DNA of 64,000 nt, taken from positions 1-64,000 of the forward strand of contig OZ241744.1 in the NCBI GenBank assembly GCA_965200965.1, in the 5' to 3' direction. The notes under the pieces were generated by a model that ran no database searches, was not told where the DNA came from, and saw only the letters and a program-made list of their open reading frames with translations. Of this stretch, positions 33,205-43,105 are shown piece after piece. This stretch comes from an uncultured Candidatus Binatia bacterium (GTDB lineage Bacteria > Desulfobacterota > Binatia > Bin18). The translations under genes and the position numbers were made by a program. How positions within the stretch are numbered: the stretch's first letter is position 1; each line of letters starts with the position of its first letter.

Positions 33205-34818
33205 ATGTCAGCAATAGGCCGGCGCATGGAGACGACCGACTATCTTATTATCGGCAGCGGCATTGCCGGCCTCAGTTTGGCCCTCAAAGCGGCCGTCCAC
33301 AATTCGGTCACTCTTGTCACCAAAGACCGCCTCCCGGAGAGCAACAGCGCCTACGCCCAGGGCGGCATTGCCTCGGTCTGGAGTGCCGATGATTCTTTTG
33401 CCGCCCATACGCGCGATACCCTGAAGGCCGGGGCTGGCCTGTGTCATCCCGAGGTGGTCGAAACCGTGGTCCGTGAGGGCCCGGAGCGGATTCGGGAACT
33501 GATTGCGCTGGGCACCAGCTTCTCGCGTCGAAGCGGCAGCCGGGCCGAGGAGTATGACCTGGGCCTTGAGGGGGGGCATTCCTACCGGCGCATCCTGCAC
33601 GCCGCGGACGCCACCGGCCAGGAAATTATCCGTGCCCTCGTCGCCGCGGTCCGTGACCAGCCCAACATCCGCATTCTTGAAAAGCATATGGGGATCGATC
33701 TTCTGACCACGGACGGGCCGGCCGGCAAAGAGTGCTGGGGGGCCTATGTGCTCGCCCTTGAGACCAACCGGGTCTCGACGTTTCCCGCCCGGATCACCGT
33801 ACTGTGCACCGGCGGGGCGGGCAAGGTCTACCTGTATACCAGCAATCCAGATGTGGCGACCGGCGACGGGGTGGCTATGGCCTATCGGGCCGGCGCGCCA
33901 GTGGCCAATCTTGAGTTTTTTCAGTTTCACCCGACCTGTCTGTTTCATCCCCAGGCCAGGTCGTTTCTCATTTCCGAAGCCCTGCGCGGCGAGGGCGCGG
34001 TGCTGCGCCGCCCGGACGGCACGGCGTTCATGGCCGAGTATGATGAGCGGGCCGAGCTGGCACCCCGCGACATTGTAGCCCGGGCGATTGACCGAGAAAT
34101 GAAGAGCCACGGCTTTGAGGCCATCCTGCTCGATATCAGCCATCGCGGCGCGGCATTCCTGCGCCAGCGCTTTCCGGTCATCTCCCAACGCTGTCTTGAG
34201 TACGGGATTGATCTGAGCAGTGAGCCGATTCCGGTCGTGCCCGCGGCCCACTATATGTGCGGCGGGGTGGTCGTTGACCTGAACGGCGCAACCGCGCTCC
34301 GGCGTTTATACGCAGCCGGCGAGGTCAGTATGTCCGGTCTGCACGGGGCCAACCGGCTGGCGTCCAACTCGCTGCTTGAAGCCGTCGTCTTTGCCCATCG
34401 GGTGTTTGTCCACGCCAGGGAGTTTCTGGCCACCGACCGGCAGCCGCGGCCAGCGTTTGCCGACTGGAACCCGGGTCGGGCGGTCGATAGCGATGAGATG
34501 GTCGTAGTGACCCAGACCTGGGAGGAGATTCGCCGCCTGATGTGGAACTATGTCGGCATTGTGCGCAGCGACCGTCGTCTGTCCCGCGCCGAGCGCCGGA
34601 TTGGGCTGATTCAGGATGAGATTCGGGACTACTACTGGAACTTTCTGGTGACCGGCGACGTGCTGGAGTTGCGCAACCTGGCCACCGTGGCCGAGCTGAT
34701 TATCCGCTGCGCCCGTCTGCGCCGCGAGAGCCGCGGTCTGCATTCGACCCTGGATTATCCCCGGGCCGATGACCGTCACTGGCGGCGTGATACCGTCGTG
34801 CGGGCCGACGCTGCCTGA
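33205..34818 (+). CDS. nadB: L-aspartate oxidase (start may be 33226)
   Basis: GSGIAG, YAQGGIA, EGGHS.RRILHA, QFHPT, LHGANRLASNSLLE. Confidence 0.96.
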   Translation: MSAIGRRMETTDYLIIGSGIAGLSLALKAAVHNSVTLVTKDRLPESNSAYAQGGIASVWSADDSFAAHTRDTLKAGAGLCHPEVVETVVREGPERIRELIALGTSFSRRSGSRAEEYDLGLEGGHSYRRILHAADATGQEIIRALVAAVRDQPNIRILEKHMGIDLLTTDGPAGKECWGAYVLALETNRVSTFPARITVLCTGGAGKVYLYTSNPDVATGDGVAMAYRAGAPVANLEFFQFHPTCLFHPQARSFLISEALRGEGAVLRRPDGTAFMAEYDERAELAPRDIVARAIDREMKSHGFEAILLDISHRGAAFLRQRFPVISQRCLEYGIDLSSEPIPVVPAAHYMCGGVVVDLNGATALRRLYAAGEVSMSGLHGANRLASNSLLEAVVFAHRVFVHAREFLATDRQPRPAFADWNPGRAVDSDEMVVVTQTWEEIRRLMWNYVGIVRSDRRLSRAERRIGLIQDEIRDYYWNFLVTGDVLELRNLATVAELIIRCARLRRESRGLHSTLDYPRADDRHWRRDTVVRADAA

Positions 34819-34827
34819 GACCGGACC

Positions 34828-36300
34828 TCAGTCGTCCAGCTCAAACAGGCCGAGTTGGCTGCCCTTGGGGCGTGCGCCGACCGGGACGGGGTAGCGGTCG
34901 CTGAAGCAGGCGTCACAGAAACCGGCCGGCGACTCCTTGAGGGCGATATACAGACCGGCCTGGCTCAGATAGGACAGGCTGTCGGCGGTGATATAGCGCT
35001 GAATTGCTTCGACGTTCTGGTTGGCGGCGATAAGCTCGCGCCGTTTGGGGGTATCAACGCCGTAGTAGCACGGGCCGACCGTTGGCGGGGAGCTGATCCG
35101 CATATGGATTGCCCGCGCGCCGGCCTGGCGAATCATGGTGATAATTTTGCGGCTGGTCGTGCCCCTGACAATTGAGTCGTCCACAACAACGACCCGCTTG
35201 CCGCGCAAGACCTCGGTCTGGGCGTTGAGCTTGATCTTGACGCCGAAGTGCCGGATGGCGTCACGCGGCTCAATAAAGGTCCGGCCTACATAGTGATTCC
35301 GAATCAGACCCATCTCAAACGGCAGGCCGGCCTGCCGGGCATAGCCGAGTGCCGGCGGGACGCCGGAGTCCGGGACCGGGATGACGATATCGGCCTCGAC
35401 CGGGGCCTCGCGGGCGAGTTGGCGGCCAAAGGCCCGGCGGACCTGATAAACGTTTTTGCCGTACAGGGTGCTGTCGGGCCGAGAGAAGTAGATATACTCG
35501 AACACACACCGGGACAGCGGCTCACGCGGAAAGGGGGTGTAGGAGTGCAGCCCTTGGGGTGTACACAGCAGGACCTCGCCCGGCTTGACTTCGCGTTCGT
35601 AGCGGGCCCCGATCAGGTCAAAAGCACAGGTTTCTGAGGCAACGACTGCGGTTGCTTTGCCCTCGCCGTTGATATGGCCGAGTGCCAGCGGACGAAAGCC
35701 GTGGGGATCGCGCGCCGCCACCATCGCGTTTTCGGTCAGAAACACCAGAGAGTACGCCCCGCGCAGCTGGGCCAGGGCTTCGATAATCCGGTCAACCAGG
35801 CTCGGTGCCCGGGCCGCGGCAATCAGGTGTAGAATGACCTCGGTATCGACCGTTGATTGAAAAATGGAGCCCTGCCGTTCCATCCCCAGCCGCAGCTCGT
35901 CGGCGTTGACCAGGTTGCCGTTATGGCCGACCGCCAGCGAGCCGTAGGTGTAGCGGGCCACCAGCGGTTGGCTGTTCCTGAGAATGGTTGAGCCGGCGGT
36001 GGAGTAGCGGTTATGCCCAATGGCGCTGGTACCCTCCAGCCGGCGGATCTGGCGTTCGTCAAAAATGTCGGCAACCAAGCCAAGCCCGCGATGGGCCAGC
36101 AGGGTTTGGCCGTTGGACGAGACAATGCCGGCCGATTCCTGGCCCCGGTGCTGGAGGGCATACAACGACAGGTAGGCGAGATTGGCCGCGTCGGGGTGGC
36201 CGTAGATGCCGACCACGCCGCACTCTTCGTGGAAACGATCGAGCCGGTCATGCGGGTCCTGCTGCTGGGTGCCTTGGCTTGGCGTGTGTGTGTCCGGCAT
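34828..36300 (-). CDS. purF: Amidophosphoribosyltransferase
   Basis: EECGVVG, LQHRGQESAG, VVVDDSIVRGTTS. Confidence 0.97.
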   Translation of the reverse strand: MPDTHTPSQGTQQQDPHDRLDRFHEECGVVGIYGHPDAANLAYLSLYALQHRGQESAGIVSSNGQTLLAHRGLGLVADIFDERQIRRLEGTSAIGHNRYSTAGSTILRNSQPLVARYTYGSLAVGHNGNLVNADELRLGMERQGSIFQSTVDTEVILHLIAAARAPSLVDRIIEALAQLRGAYSLVFLTENAMVAARDPHGFRPLALGHINGEGKATAVVASETCAFDLIGARYEREVKPGEVLLCTPQGLHSYTPFPREPLSRCVFEYIYFSRPDSTLYGKNVYQVRRAFGRQLAREAPVEADIVIPVPDSGVPPALGYARQAGLPFEMGLIRNHYVGRTFIEPRDAIRHFGVKIKLNAQTEVLRGKRVVVVDDSIVRGTTSRKIITMIRQAGARAIHMRISSPPTVGPCYYGVDTPKRRELIAANQNVEAIQRYITADSLSYLSQAGLYIALKESPAGFCDACFSDRYPVPVGARPKGSQLGLFELDD

Positions 36301-36326
36301 GGAGCCTCCCCTTCGGCCCGCGTACT

Positions 36327-38546
36327 CTACAGCCCCAGGTGCCGGGCCAGAGCGGTCCGCCATTCGTGTTTGAGCCGGGCAAGCGGCAGGCGTATGCTGC
36401 CGGTCAGCTCCAGCACGCTGCCGCCGACTTGGCCCACCGCGGCACACGGCAGGCCGGCTGCCTCGGCCAGGGCCTGAAGCCGGGCCAGCCTGGAGGCGGG
36501 TAATGAGACCAGGGCCCGGGACGGACTTTCGCCAAACAGCAGCGCGTCAAGACGCATGGAGTCGGCAAGGCGGACCTGAGCGCCGAGGGCGGCCGGGCCG
36601 CTGATGCACGCCTCGGCCAGCGCCACGGCCAGGCCGCCTTCGGCGATGTCATGGGCTGAAGACAGCAGCCCTTCGGCGCTGGCGCTGAGACAGACATGGT
36701 GGAGGCATTTTTCACGCTCAAGATCAAGCTGGGGTGGTCGGCCGGCCACCCGGTTATGGATCACGGCCAGGTATTCGCTGGCACCCAGTTCCTCCAGGGA
36801 CTCACCGAGCAGGACGATCACATCGTCCGGTCGCTTGAACCACTGGGTCAGACGGCGGCTGACATCGGCCAGGATGCCGACCATAGCGACGGTCGGCGTC
36901 GGCGGAATAGCCCGGCCTTGGGTTTCGTTGTAGAAGCTGACATTGCCGCTGACGACGGCCAAGCCAAGGGCCTGACACGCGTCCCGCAGCCCGGCAATGG
37001 CCTGCTGGAACTGCCACATGACCTCAGGTTTTTCTGGACTGCCGAAATTCAGACAGTCGGACAGGGCCAGCGGGCGAGCGCCGCTGACGGCCAGGTTACG
37101 CGCACTCTCGGCCACAGCGAGCAGCGCGCCGCGATAGGGGTCTTGCGCGCAGTAGCGACTGTTACAGTCAACGCTCAGGCCGATACCGGTCGTGGTCCCT
37201 TTGATGCGCAACACGGCCGCATCCGAGCCAGGCTCGACAACCGTGTTGCCGCTGACCAGGGTGTCGTACTGCCGGTACACCCATTCTTTGCTGGCCAGGT
37301 TGGGCGAGCCGAGCAGCCGGAGCAGGACAGCGTTGTAATCGCCTGGCAGGGGCAGGCCGGACAGGTCGAGGGATTGGTGCTGGTCGAGATCGGCCGGCTT
37401 GTGGGCCGGACGCTCGTAGGCCGGCACCTCGTCGGTCAGCGCTGCGACCGGAAGACGAACGACCTCCCGGCCCTGCCATTCGGCCCGGAACAGGCCGTCG
37501 TCGGTGACGTGGCCGACCACCACCGCCGGCAGGTCCCAGCCGGCGAAAATGGCCCGGACTTCTTCTTCACAGCCGGCCTTGGCCACGAGCAGCATACGTT
37601 CCTGGGACTCTGACAGGAGCAGTTCGTAGGGGCTGATTCCGTCCTCGCGAGTGGGAACGGTGTCCAGCTTCAGCAAGAAGCCGGTGCCTCCCCGGCCGGC
37701 CATTTCGATCGCTGAGCTGCTCAGGCCGGCCGCTCCCATGTCCTGGATAGCCACGATCACCTCCCGCTGCATCAGCGCAAGGCAGGCTTCAATCAGCAGG
37801 TTTTCGGTAAACGGGTCGCCGACCTGCACGGCCGGCCGGAGTTCTTCTGAACGCGTGTCAAACTCGCGCGAAGCGAGCAGGCTGGCCCCATGAATACCGT
37901 CTCGCCCGGTGCGTGAGCCGACATACAGGACGGGGTTGCCGGCTCCGGTCGCCCGGGCACGAAAGATCCGGTCGGTTCTGACCACGCCGAGGCTGAAGGC
38001 GTTAACCAGGATGTTGCCGTTATAGCCGGGGTCAAAGGCCACCTCACCGCCGACGGTCGGCACGCCGACGCTGTTGCCATAGCCGCCGATACCGGCCACC
38101 ACGCCTTTGACCAGATACGGTGTGCGCGAGTGCTCGGGTGCGCCAAAACGCAACGAGTTGAGCGAGGCGATTGGCCGGGCACCCATCGTAAAGATGTCGC
38201 GCAGGATTCCGCCTACGCCGGTTGCCGCACCGTGGTAGGGTTCGATACAGGAGGGGTGGTTGTGGCTCTCAATTTTGAACACCACGGCCAGCCCGTCGCC
38301 AATATCGACAATCCCCGCATTCTCGCCCGGACCCTGGAGAATAGCCGAACCGGTGGTCGGCAGGTGGCGCAAAAAGCGCCGGGAGCTTTTATAGCTACAG
38401 TGCTCAGACCACATGACCGAAAAGACGCCCAATTCCTCAAAGCTCGGCGTGCGGCCCAGCAGCTGGACGATGCGGGCGTATTCGGTGTCGGTCAGGCCAT
38501 GATCGTGGGCGAGTTGGAGCGTCACCGTCGGGGTGTGGGCTGTCAT
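36327..38546 (-). CDS. purL: Phosphoribosylformylglycinamidine synthase subunit PurL (start may be 38567)
   Basis: [42 protein letters not shown]. Confidence 0.97.
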   Translation of the reverse strand: MTAHTPTVTLQLAHDHGLTDTEYARIVQLLGRTPSFEELGVFSVMWSEHCSYKSSRRFLRHLPTTGSAILQGPGENAGIVDIGDGLAVVFKIESHNHPSCIEPYHGAATGVGGILRDIFTMGARPIASLNSLRFGAPEHSRTPYLVKGVVAGIGGYGNSVGVPTVGGEVAFDPGYNGNILVNAFSLGVVRTDRIFRARATGAGNPVLYVGSRTGRDGIHGASLLASREFDTRSEELRPAVQVGDPFTENLLIEACLALMQREVIVAIQDMGAAGLSSSAIEMAGRGGTGFLLKLDTVPTREDGISPYELLLSESQERMLLVAKAGCEEEVRAIFAGWDLPAVVVGHVTDDGLFRAEWQGREVVRLPVAALTDEVPAYERPAHKPADLDQHQSLDLSGLPLPGDYNAVLLRLLGSPNLASKEWVYRQYDTLVSGNTVVEPGSDAAVLRIKGTTTGIGLSVDCNSRYCAQDPYRGALLAVAESARNLAVSGARPLALSDCLNFGSPEKPEVMWQFQQAIAGLRDACQALGLAVVSGNVSFYNETQGRAIPPTPTVAMVGILADVSRRLTQWFKRPDDVIVLLGESLEELGASEYLAVIHNRVAGRPPQLDLEREKCLHHVCLSASAEGLLSSAHDIAEGGLAVALAEACISGPAALGAQVRLADSMRLDALLFGESPSRALVSLPASRLARLQALAEAAGLPCAAVGQVGGSVLELTGSIRLPLARLKHEWRTALARHLGL

Positions 38547-38560
38547 GGCTCTGCGGGCGT

Positions 38561-39247
38561 TCAGCACCCCTCCCCGACACCGGTGAACAACCGGCGGCCG
38601 TCTTCTCCGCCCAAGAGCGCTTCGACAGCGTGCTCGGGATGGGGCATCAGGCCAAGGACATTGCCCCGCCGATTGGTGATCCCGGCGATATTGTTCAGTG
38701 AGCCGTTGGGGTTGGCGCTGGCCTCGACATCGCCGGTTGAGGTGGCATAGCGAAACACGACTTGACCGTTGTCTTCAAGCGTCCGCAGGGTGGGCGCGTC
38801 GGCGACATAACAGCCCGCGCCGTGCTTGATCGGCAGGCGCAGGGTCTGGCCCACCCGGCAGGTGGCGGTAAACGCGGTACGGGCCTGTTCAACCCGAATC
38901 CAGACCCAGGCGCTGATGAACAGCAGCGACTGGTTGCGGACCAGGGCACCGGGTAAGAGGCCCGACTCACACAGAATCTGGAAGCCGTTACACACGCCCA
39001 GAACCGGCCCCCCGGCCTTGGCAAACGCGATGATACTCTGCATGACCGGTGAACAGCCGGCCAGGGCACCGCAGCGCAGATAATCGCCGTATGAAAATCC
39101 GCCCGGCAGGACTACCGCATCCACGCCGTGCAGGTCGCGGTCTTTGTGCCACAGCGAGACGACCTGGTGTCTCAGGACCGTCTCCAGGCAGTACACCGAG
39201 TCCCGGTCGTCGTTTGAACCGGGAAAGGTGACCACACCCCACTTCAT
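38561..39247 (-). CDS. purQ: PurQ glutamine amidotransferase subunit
   Basis: [28 protein letters not shown]. Confidence 0.96.
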   Translation of the reverse strand: MKWGVVTFPGSNDDRDSVYCLETVLRHQVVSLWHKDRDLHGVDAVVLPGGFSYGDYLRCGALAGCSPVMQSIIAFAKAGGPVLGVCNGFQILCESGLLPGALVRNQSLLFISAWVWIRVEQARTAFTATCRVGQTLRLPIKHGAGCYVADAPTLRTLEDNGQVVFRYATSTGDVEASANPNGSLNNIAGITNRRGNVLGLMPHPEHAVEALLGGEDGRRLFTGVGEGC

Positions 39248-39253
39248 CGTGCG

Positions 39254-39502
39254 CTACTCCTCGACCAACTCAAAGCGACAGTCCTCAATGATGTGGTTGG
39301 CCAACAGCCGCTGACACATTTCTTCAACCCGCTGCCGGGCCCGGTCCGGCGGCAGGTTGTGGAGGCGGACTTCCAGGTATTTGCCCATCCGCACATCACG
39401 GACTTCGCTGTAGTCAAGGGCGTGCAGCGAGGCGGCGATCGCTTTGCCCTGGGGATCGAGAATCGATTTTTTGGGGGTCACATAGACTTTTGCCAACAGC
39501 AT
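39254..39502 (-). CDS. purS: PurS subunit
   Basis: ILDPQGKA, VRMGK, LLANHIIE. Confidence 0.95.
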   Translation of the reverse strand: MLLAKVYVTPKKSILDPQGKAIAASLHALDYSEVRDVRMGKYLEVRLHNLPPDRARQRVEEMCQRLLANHIIEDCRFELVEE

Positions 39503-39511
39503 GGGAGGGCC

Positions 39512-40810
39512 CTAGGCTTGGCGCAAGGCGCGTTCAATGACGGTCTGGGCATGTCTGAGCGCGTGCCGGGCATCAAACAGTTGCGTGAGTTCCGCAGGGC
39601 TGAGCAGGCCGCCAATGTCCGGGTCTTGGCGCACCGCGGCGGCAAAGGAGGCACCGGTCTCCCACACCTGCATGGCGTTGCGCTGCACCCGGCGGTAAGC
39701 GTCGTCGCGGCTGACGCCCTTGCGGACCAGGGCCAGCAGGAGATGCTCGGAGTAGATCATCTCGCCCAGAGCGGTCATATTCTCGTGCATCCGCTCGGGG
39801 TGGATTACCAGCCGGTCAAGAATGCCGGTCAGTCGGGCGAGCATGAAGTCGAGCAGGATGGTCGCGTCCGGACCAATGACCCGTTCGACCGAGGAATGGC
39901 TGATATCACGTTCATGCCACACAGGGATATTTTCAAAGGCCGACAGGGCATAGCCACGGAGCAGGCGAGCGCAGCCGCACACGTTTTCCAACTGCCACGG
40001 GTTGCGCTTGTGCGGCATGGCTGAGGAGCCTTTTTGGCCGGGGCTGAACGGTTCTTCAACTTCCAGGACTTCGGTGCGCTGGAGGTGGCGCATCTCGGTC
40101 GCGATCCGTTCCAGCGAACTGCCGATCAAAGCCAGGGTCGAGAAGAAGGCGGCGTGACGGTCGCGGGGCACAATCTGGGTGGAGATCGGCTCTGGCCGCA
40201 GCTTGAGACGGCGACACACACCGGCTTCAATCTCTGGGTCGATATTGGCAAAGGTCCCGACCGCGCCCGAGATTTTGCCATATGCGATATCCAGGCGCGC
40301 CTGGCCGAGGCGCGTATGGCCGCGTCGCATCTCGGCATACCAGTGGGCGGCTTTGAGGCCAAAGGTGATGGGTTCGGCGTGAACCCCGTGGGTCCGTCCG
40401 ATGGTCAGGGTATGGGCGTGCTCTTGGGCGAGACGTTTCAGAACCGCCAACAATGCCTCAACATCGGCCAGCAGAATGTCGGCGGCCTCACACAGTTGGA
40501 CGGCAAAGCCGGTGTCAATGATGTCCGATGAGGTCAGGCCGAGGTGGAGATAGCGGCCAAGCTCACCGAGCGGTTCGGCAACGGACGACACGAAAGCGAC
40601 CACATCGTGTTTGACCTCGGCCTCAATCTCCCGCATACGCGCAAGATTCAGAGTTGCCCGCTGGCGGAGTTGGTCCGCGGCCGCGCGCGGAATCTGGCCG
40701 TGCTCGGCCAAGGCTTCGCAGGCCAGCAGTTCAACCTCCAGCCACTTGGCGAATTTGTTGTCTTCCGACCAGACCTGGCCCATAAGCGGGCGGGTATAGC
40801 GTTCGATCAT
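39512..40810 (-). CDS. purB: Adenylosuccinate lyase
   Basis: MIERYTRP, GRTHGVHAEP, GSSAMPHKRNP. Confidence 0.97.
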   Translation of the reverse strand: MIERYTRPLMGQVWSEDNKFAKWLEVELLACEALAEHGQIPRAAADQLRQRATLNLARMREIEAEVKHDVVAFVSSVAEPLGELGRYLHLGLTSSDIIDTGFAVQLCEAADILLADVEALLAVLKRLAQEHAHTLTIGRTHGVHAEPITFGLKAAHWYAEMRRGHTRLGQARLDIAYGKISGAVGTFANIDPEIEAGVCRRLKLRPEPISTQIVPRDRHAAFFSTLALIGSSLERIATEMRHLQRTEVLEVEEPFSPGQKGSSAMPHKRNPWQLENVCGCARLLRGYALSAFENIPVWHERDISHSSVERVIGPDATILLDFMLARLTGILDRLVIHPERMHENMTALGEMIYSEHLLLALVRKGVSRDDAYRRVQRNAMQVWETGASFAAAVRQDPDIGGLLSPAELTQLFDARHALRHAQTVIERALRQA

Positions 40811-40974
40811 AGGGTTTTGAGTCAGAGGCTTCGGGCTGTGCCCTGTCCTATGTGGCGGCCGTTCGGATGTCAAGGGAGAAGCCGGGAAGATATGATGCCT
40901 CTCTTCGCTGTTGGGGTTGATTTCTCAGGTCTTTGTGGGGTACACGGAAAGCCATAGAGAGATGAGAGCGCTAA

Positions 40975-41109
40975 TCAAAGGAGGACGCAATTGAGCGGTA
41001 CCGGAAAATTTCCCGTAAAGCTATTTCTGATGGAAAAGACGAAATAACCGGAGTCCAGAAGAAGAGGATAGAGATTATAGACAGGTTGGTGGCACAAGGA
41101 ATCGTGTGA
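40975..41109 (+). pseudogene. Start-less fragment resembling a polymorphic-toxin C-terminal tip
   Basis: Open frame SKEDAIERYRKISRKAISDGKDEITGVQKKRIEIIDRLVAQGIV*, with its TGA overlapping the next ATG (TGATG); AT-richer than the flanks. Confidence 0.45.
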
Positions 41110-41576
41110 TGGAAACGAAAGAAGCGGGAGACCGGTTGGCTCAGCGGTGGAAAGAAGCCCGGCTGACGATCAGACCTGGTGTCCCGGCTGAACGGCTGGA
41201 TCAATTCAAGCAACGGTTCAATGCGCACCTCGGACCCGATATACGCGAGTATTTCGAGGCAGTAAATGGGATGGCGTTGGGCGAAATGGACCCTGACTGT
41301 CATATTCGGTTCTGGCCTCTGGAGGAGGTCAAACCGATTCAGGAAGAAGTTGACGCTCCCTGGGTAGCACAGTACACGGGCTACTACCTGTTTGCGGACT
41401 ATCTTCTCTGGTCTCACGCGTACGCGATTGACCTCAACCCCGCTGGTCAAGGAGCTATCGTGATGGTGGGAGGGAAAACTCCCCACCCGGTAGCACCATC
41501 TTTTGCCGATTTTGTCTGCATGTACCTGGACAGGATTGAACAACTTTTCCCTCATCGGGAAGCCTGTCCAGGATAG
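41109..41576 (+). CDS. SMI1/KNR4 (SUKH) family immunity-like protein
   Basis: PGV....LDQFKQRFNAHLGPDIREYFEAVNG...FWPLEEV...FADYL...VAPSFADFV pattern typical of SUKH domains. Confidence 0.8.
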   Translation: METKEAGDRLAQRWKEARLTIRPGVPAERLDQFKQRFNAHLGPDIREYFEAVNGMALGEMDPDCHIRFWPLEEVKPIQEEVDAPWVAQYTGYYLFADYLLWSHAYAIDLNPAGQGAIVMVGGKTPHPVAPSFADFVCMYLDRIEQLFPHREACPG

Positions 41577-41616
41577 ATCAAGCCGTTCCAATTCATTCTC
41601 CCCTCCTCTGACGGTG

Positions 41617-41645
41617 TTGCAATCTCTGGTCGGGCCGGATAGGGT
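41617..41645 (+). promoter_or_regulatory. Putative promoter of tRNA-Cys
   Basis: TTGCAA-17 nt-TAGGGT, 12 nt before the tRNA. Confidence 0.5.
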
Positions 41646-41657
41646 GAGTGGCCTGAC

Positions 41658-41730
41658 GGCGGCGTACCCAAGTGGTTAAGGGAGCGGTCTGCAAAACCGC
41701 CATTCACCGGTTCAAATCCGGTCGCCGCCT
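41658..41730 (+). tRNA. tRNA-Cys(GCA)
   Basis: GGCGGCG/CGCCGCC acceptor stem, GCGGT-CTGCAAA-ACCGC anticodon arm, GGTTCAAATCC; CCA not encoded. Confidence 0.96.
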
Positions 41731-41737
41731 CGTGACC

Positions 41738-42541
41738 TCAGTCTGGGCTGCACTCGTCCCGCGGCGTCTGGCGTGGACCGAAACACACCCCCCGCCTGGA
41801 CTCCTGGATAAAGTCAAGCAAGGACAGCACATCGGGAGTACACGGCTCCTGACGCAAGGCTTTGATCGCATGTTTCATATTGATTTTTTTCCTGAACAGG
41901 CGGCCAAACACGGTGTGTAAGGCCCGGATCCGCTCTTGATTGAAGCCGGCCCGATGCAGGCCCACCCGATTGAGCCCTCTGACTGTGTGGGTCCCGTCCA
42001 TAATGCAAAACGGCGGAACATCGCGGCTGGTCCGCGATAGGCCGCGTAACAGGGCCAAGGTCCCGATCCGGACAAATTGGTGTACCACACAGTTCCCGGA
42101 CACAAAGGCGCGGTCTGCGACCTGCACATAGCCGGCGAGCAGGGCACCGCCGGCTATAATCGTCTGATTGCCAATCTGACAGTTATGGGCGACATGGGCG
42201 TTTTGCATCAGGTAATTATCGTCTCCAATAACCGTGCTGCTGCCTGGGGTTGTTCCCCGATGGACCTGACTGTGCTCCCGAAAGACATTCCGGTGGCCGA
42301 TCTTGAGGCAGGTCTGTTGCTGGGCGTGGTCAAGGTCTTGTGGTTCGTGGCCAATGACCGCTCCCATATGAATGACATTGTCCTCACCAATTTCTGTCCA
42401 GCCGCTGAGAACGGCATGGGCCAGCACCCGGCTTCCGGCCCCCACCCGAACGGGTCCGTCAATCACGACATACGGCCCGATGTCGGCCTGAGGAGCAATA
42501 TCAGCCCGAGGATCAACGATCGCGGTCGGGTGTATTGGCAT
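41738..42541 (-). CDS. lpxA: Acyl-ACP--UDP-N-acetylglucosamine O-acyltransferase
   Basis: MPIHPTAIVD, hexapeptide repeats, IGHEPQDL, HRGT, HVAHNC, VHQFVRIG. Confidence 0.92.
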   Translation of the reverse strand: MPIHPTAIVDPRADIAPQADIGPYVVIDGPVRVGAGSRVLAHAVLSGWTEIGEDNVIHMGAVIGHEPQDLDHAQQQTCLKIGHRNVFREHSQVHRGTTPGSSTVIGDDNYLMQNAHVAHNCQIGNQTIIAGGALLAGYVQVADRAFVSGNCVVHQFVRIGTLALLRGLSRTSRDVPPFCIMDGTHTVRGLNRVGLHRAGFNQERIRALHTVFGRLFRKKINMKHAIKALRQEPCTPDVLSLLDFIQESRRGVCFGPRQTPRDECSPD

Positions 42542-42554
42542 GGGGAGCAATGAG

Positions 42555-42758
42555 CTAGCGCGGCTTGTCGGGTGGCCGGGGTGCGACAGACTCGCCAGAT
42601 TCCGCAGATTCGGCCTGGTCGCCCGGAATGCGGTAGGATTCGTCAGCCCACGCCCCAAGATCAATCGTCCGGCACCGCGCTGAGCAAAAGGGACGAAAAG
42701 GGTTGGCCGGCCAGGAAACAGGTTTGCGGCAGGTTGGGCACGGCATGCTGTGTGGCAT
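42555..42758 (-). CDS. yacG: DNA gyrase inhibitor YacG
   Basis: CPTC...[22 protein letters not shown]. Confidence 0.92.
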   Translation of the reverse strand: MPHSMPCPTCRKPVSWPANPFRPFCSARCRTIDLGAWADESYRIPGDQAESAESGESVAPRPPDKPR

Positions 42759-42804
42759 ACAGATTCCAGCGATGGGGCGAACTGTCGCGGCGTCAAAAAA
42801 CCGA

Positions 42805-42876
<72 letters not shown>

Positions 42877-42891
42877 CTGGAGAGAGAAGCC

Positions 42892-43011
42892 CCCCCGGCC
42901 CCGTCCTACTCTCCCACTCCCAGCAGGAGCAGTACCATCGGCGCTGGAGGGCTTAACGGCCGTGTTCGGTATGGGAACGGGTGTGGCCCCTCCGCCATTG
43001 AGACCAGGGGG
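42892..43011 (-). rRNA. rrf: 5S ribosomal RNA (stand-alone)
   Basis: Minus strand CCTGGTCTCAATGGCGGAGGGGCCACACCCGTTCCCATACCGAACACGGCCGTTAAGCCCTCCAGCGCCGATGGTACT...GGGAGAGTAGGACGGGGCCGGGG. Contains the conserved CCGAAC and GATGGTACT/GAGAGTAGG motifs and a paired helix I. Ends approximate. Confidence 0.95.
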
Positions 43012-43064
43012 GTTTCTCCTGTACCTGTACCTACCACACCTGCCCATCCTGTCAAGTCCGCCGC

Positions 43065-43093
43065 TTGACTCAATTTTTGTTAGCCTCTAAAGT
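43065..43093 (+). promoter_or_regulatory. Sigma70 promoter of the T2SS operon
   Basis: TTGACT-17 nt-TAAAGT ending 12 nt before the gspF ATG; back-to-back with a minus-strand TTGACA (43050-43055) facing the 5S gene. Confidence 0.55.
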
Positions 43094-43105
43094 TTCAGGA
43101 CGCAC

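Noticed and set aside
40971-41591. 206-aa minus-strand ORF
   Set aside because: It is antisense to the SMI1/KNR4 gene, which has a recognisable domain.
40811-41730. Prophage or integrative element at tRNA-Cys
   Set aside because: No integrase, no duplicated tRNA 3' end, and the insert lies on the tRNA 5' side.
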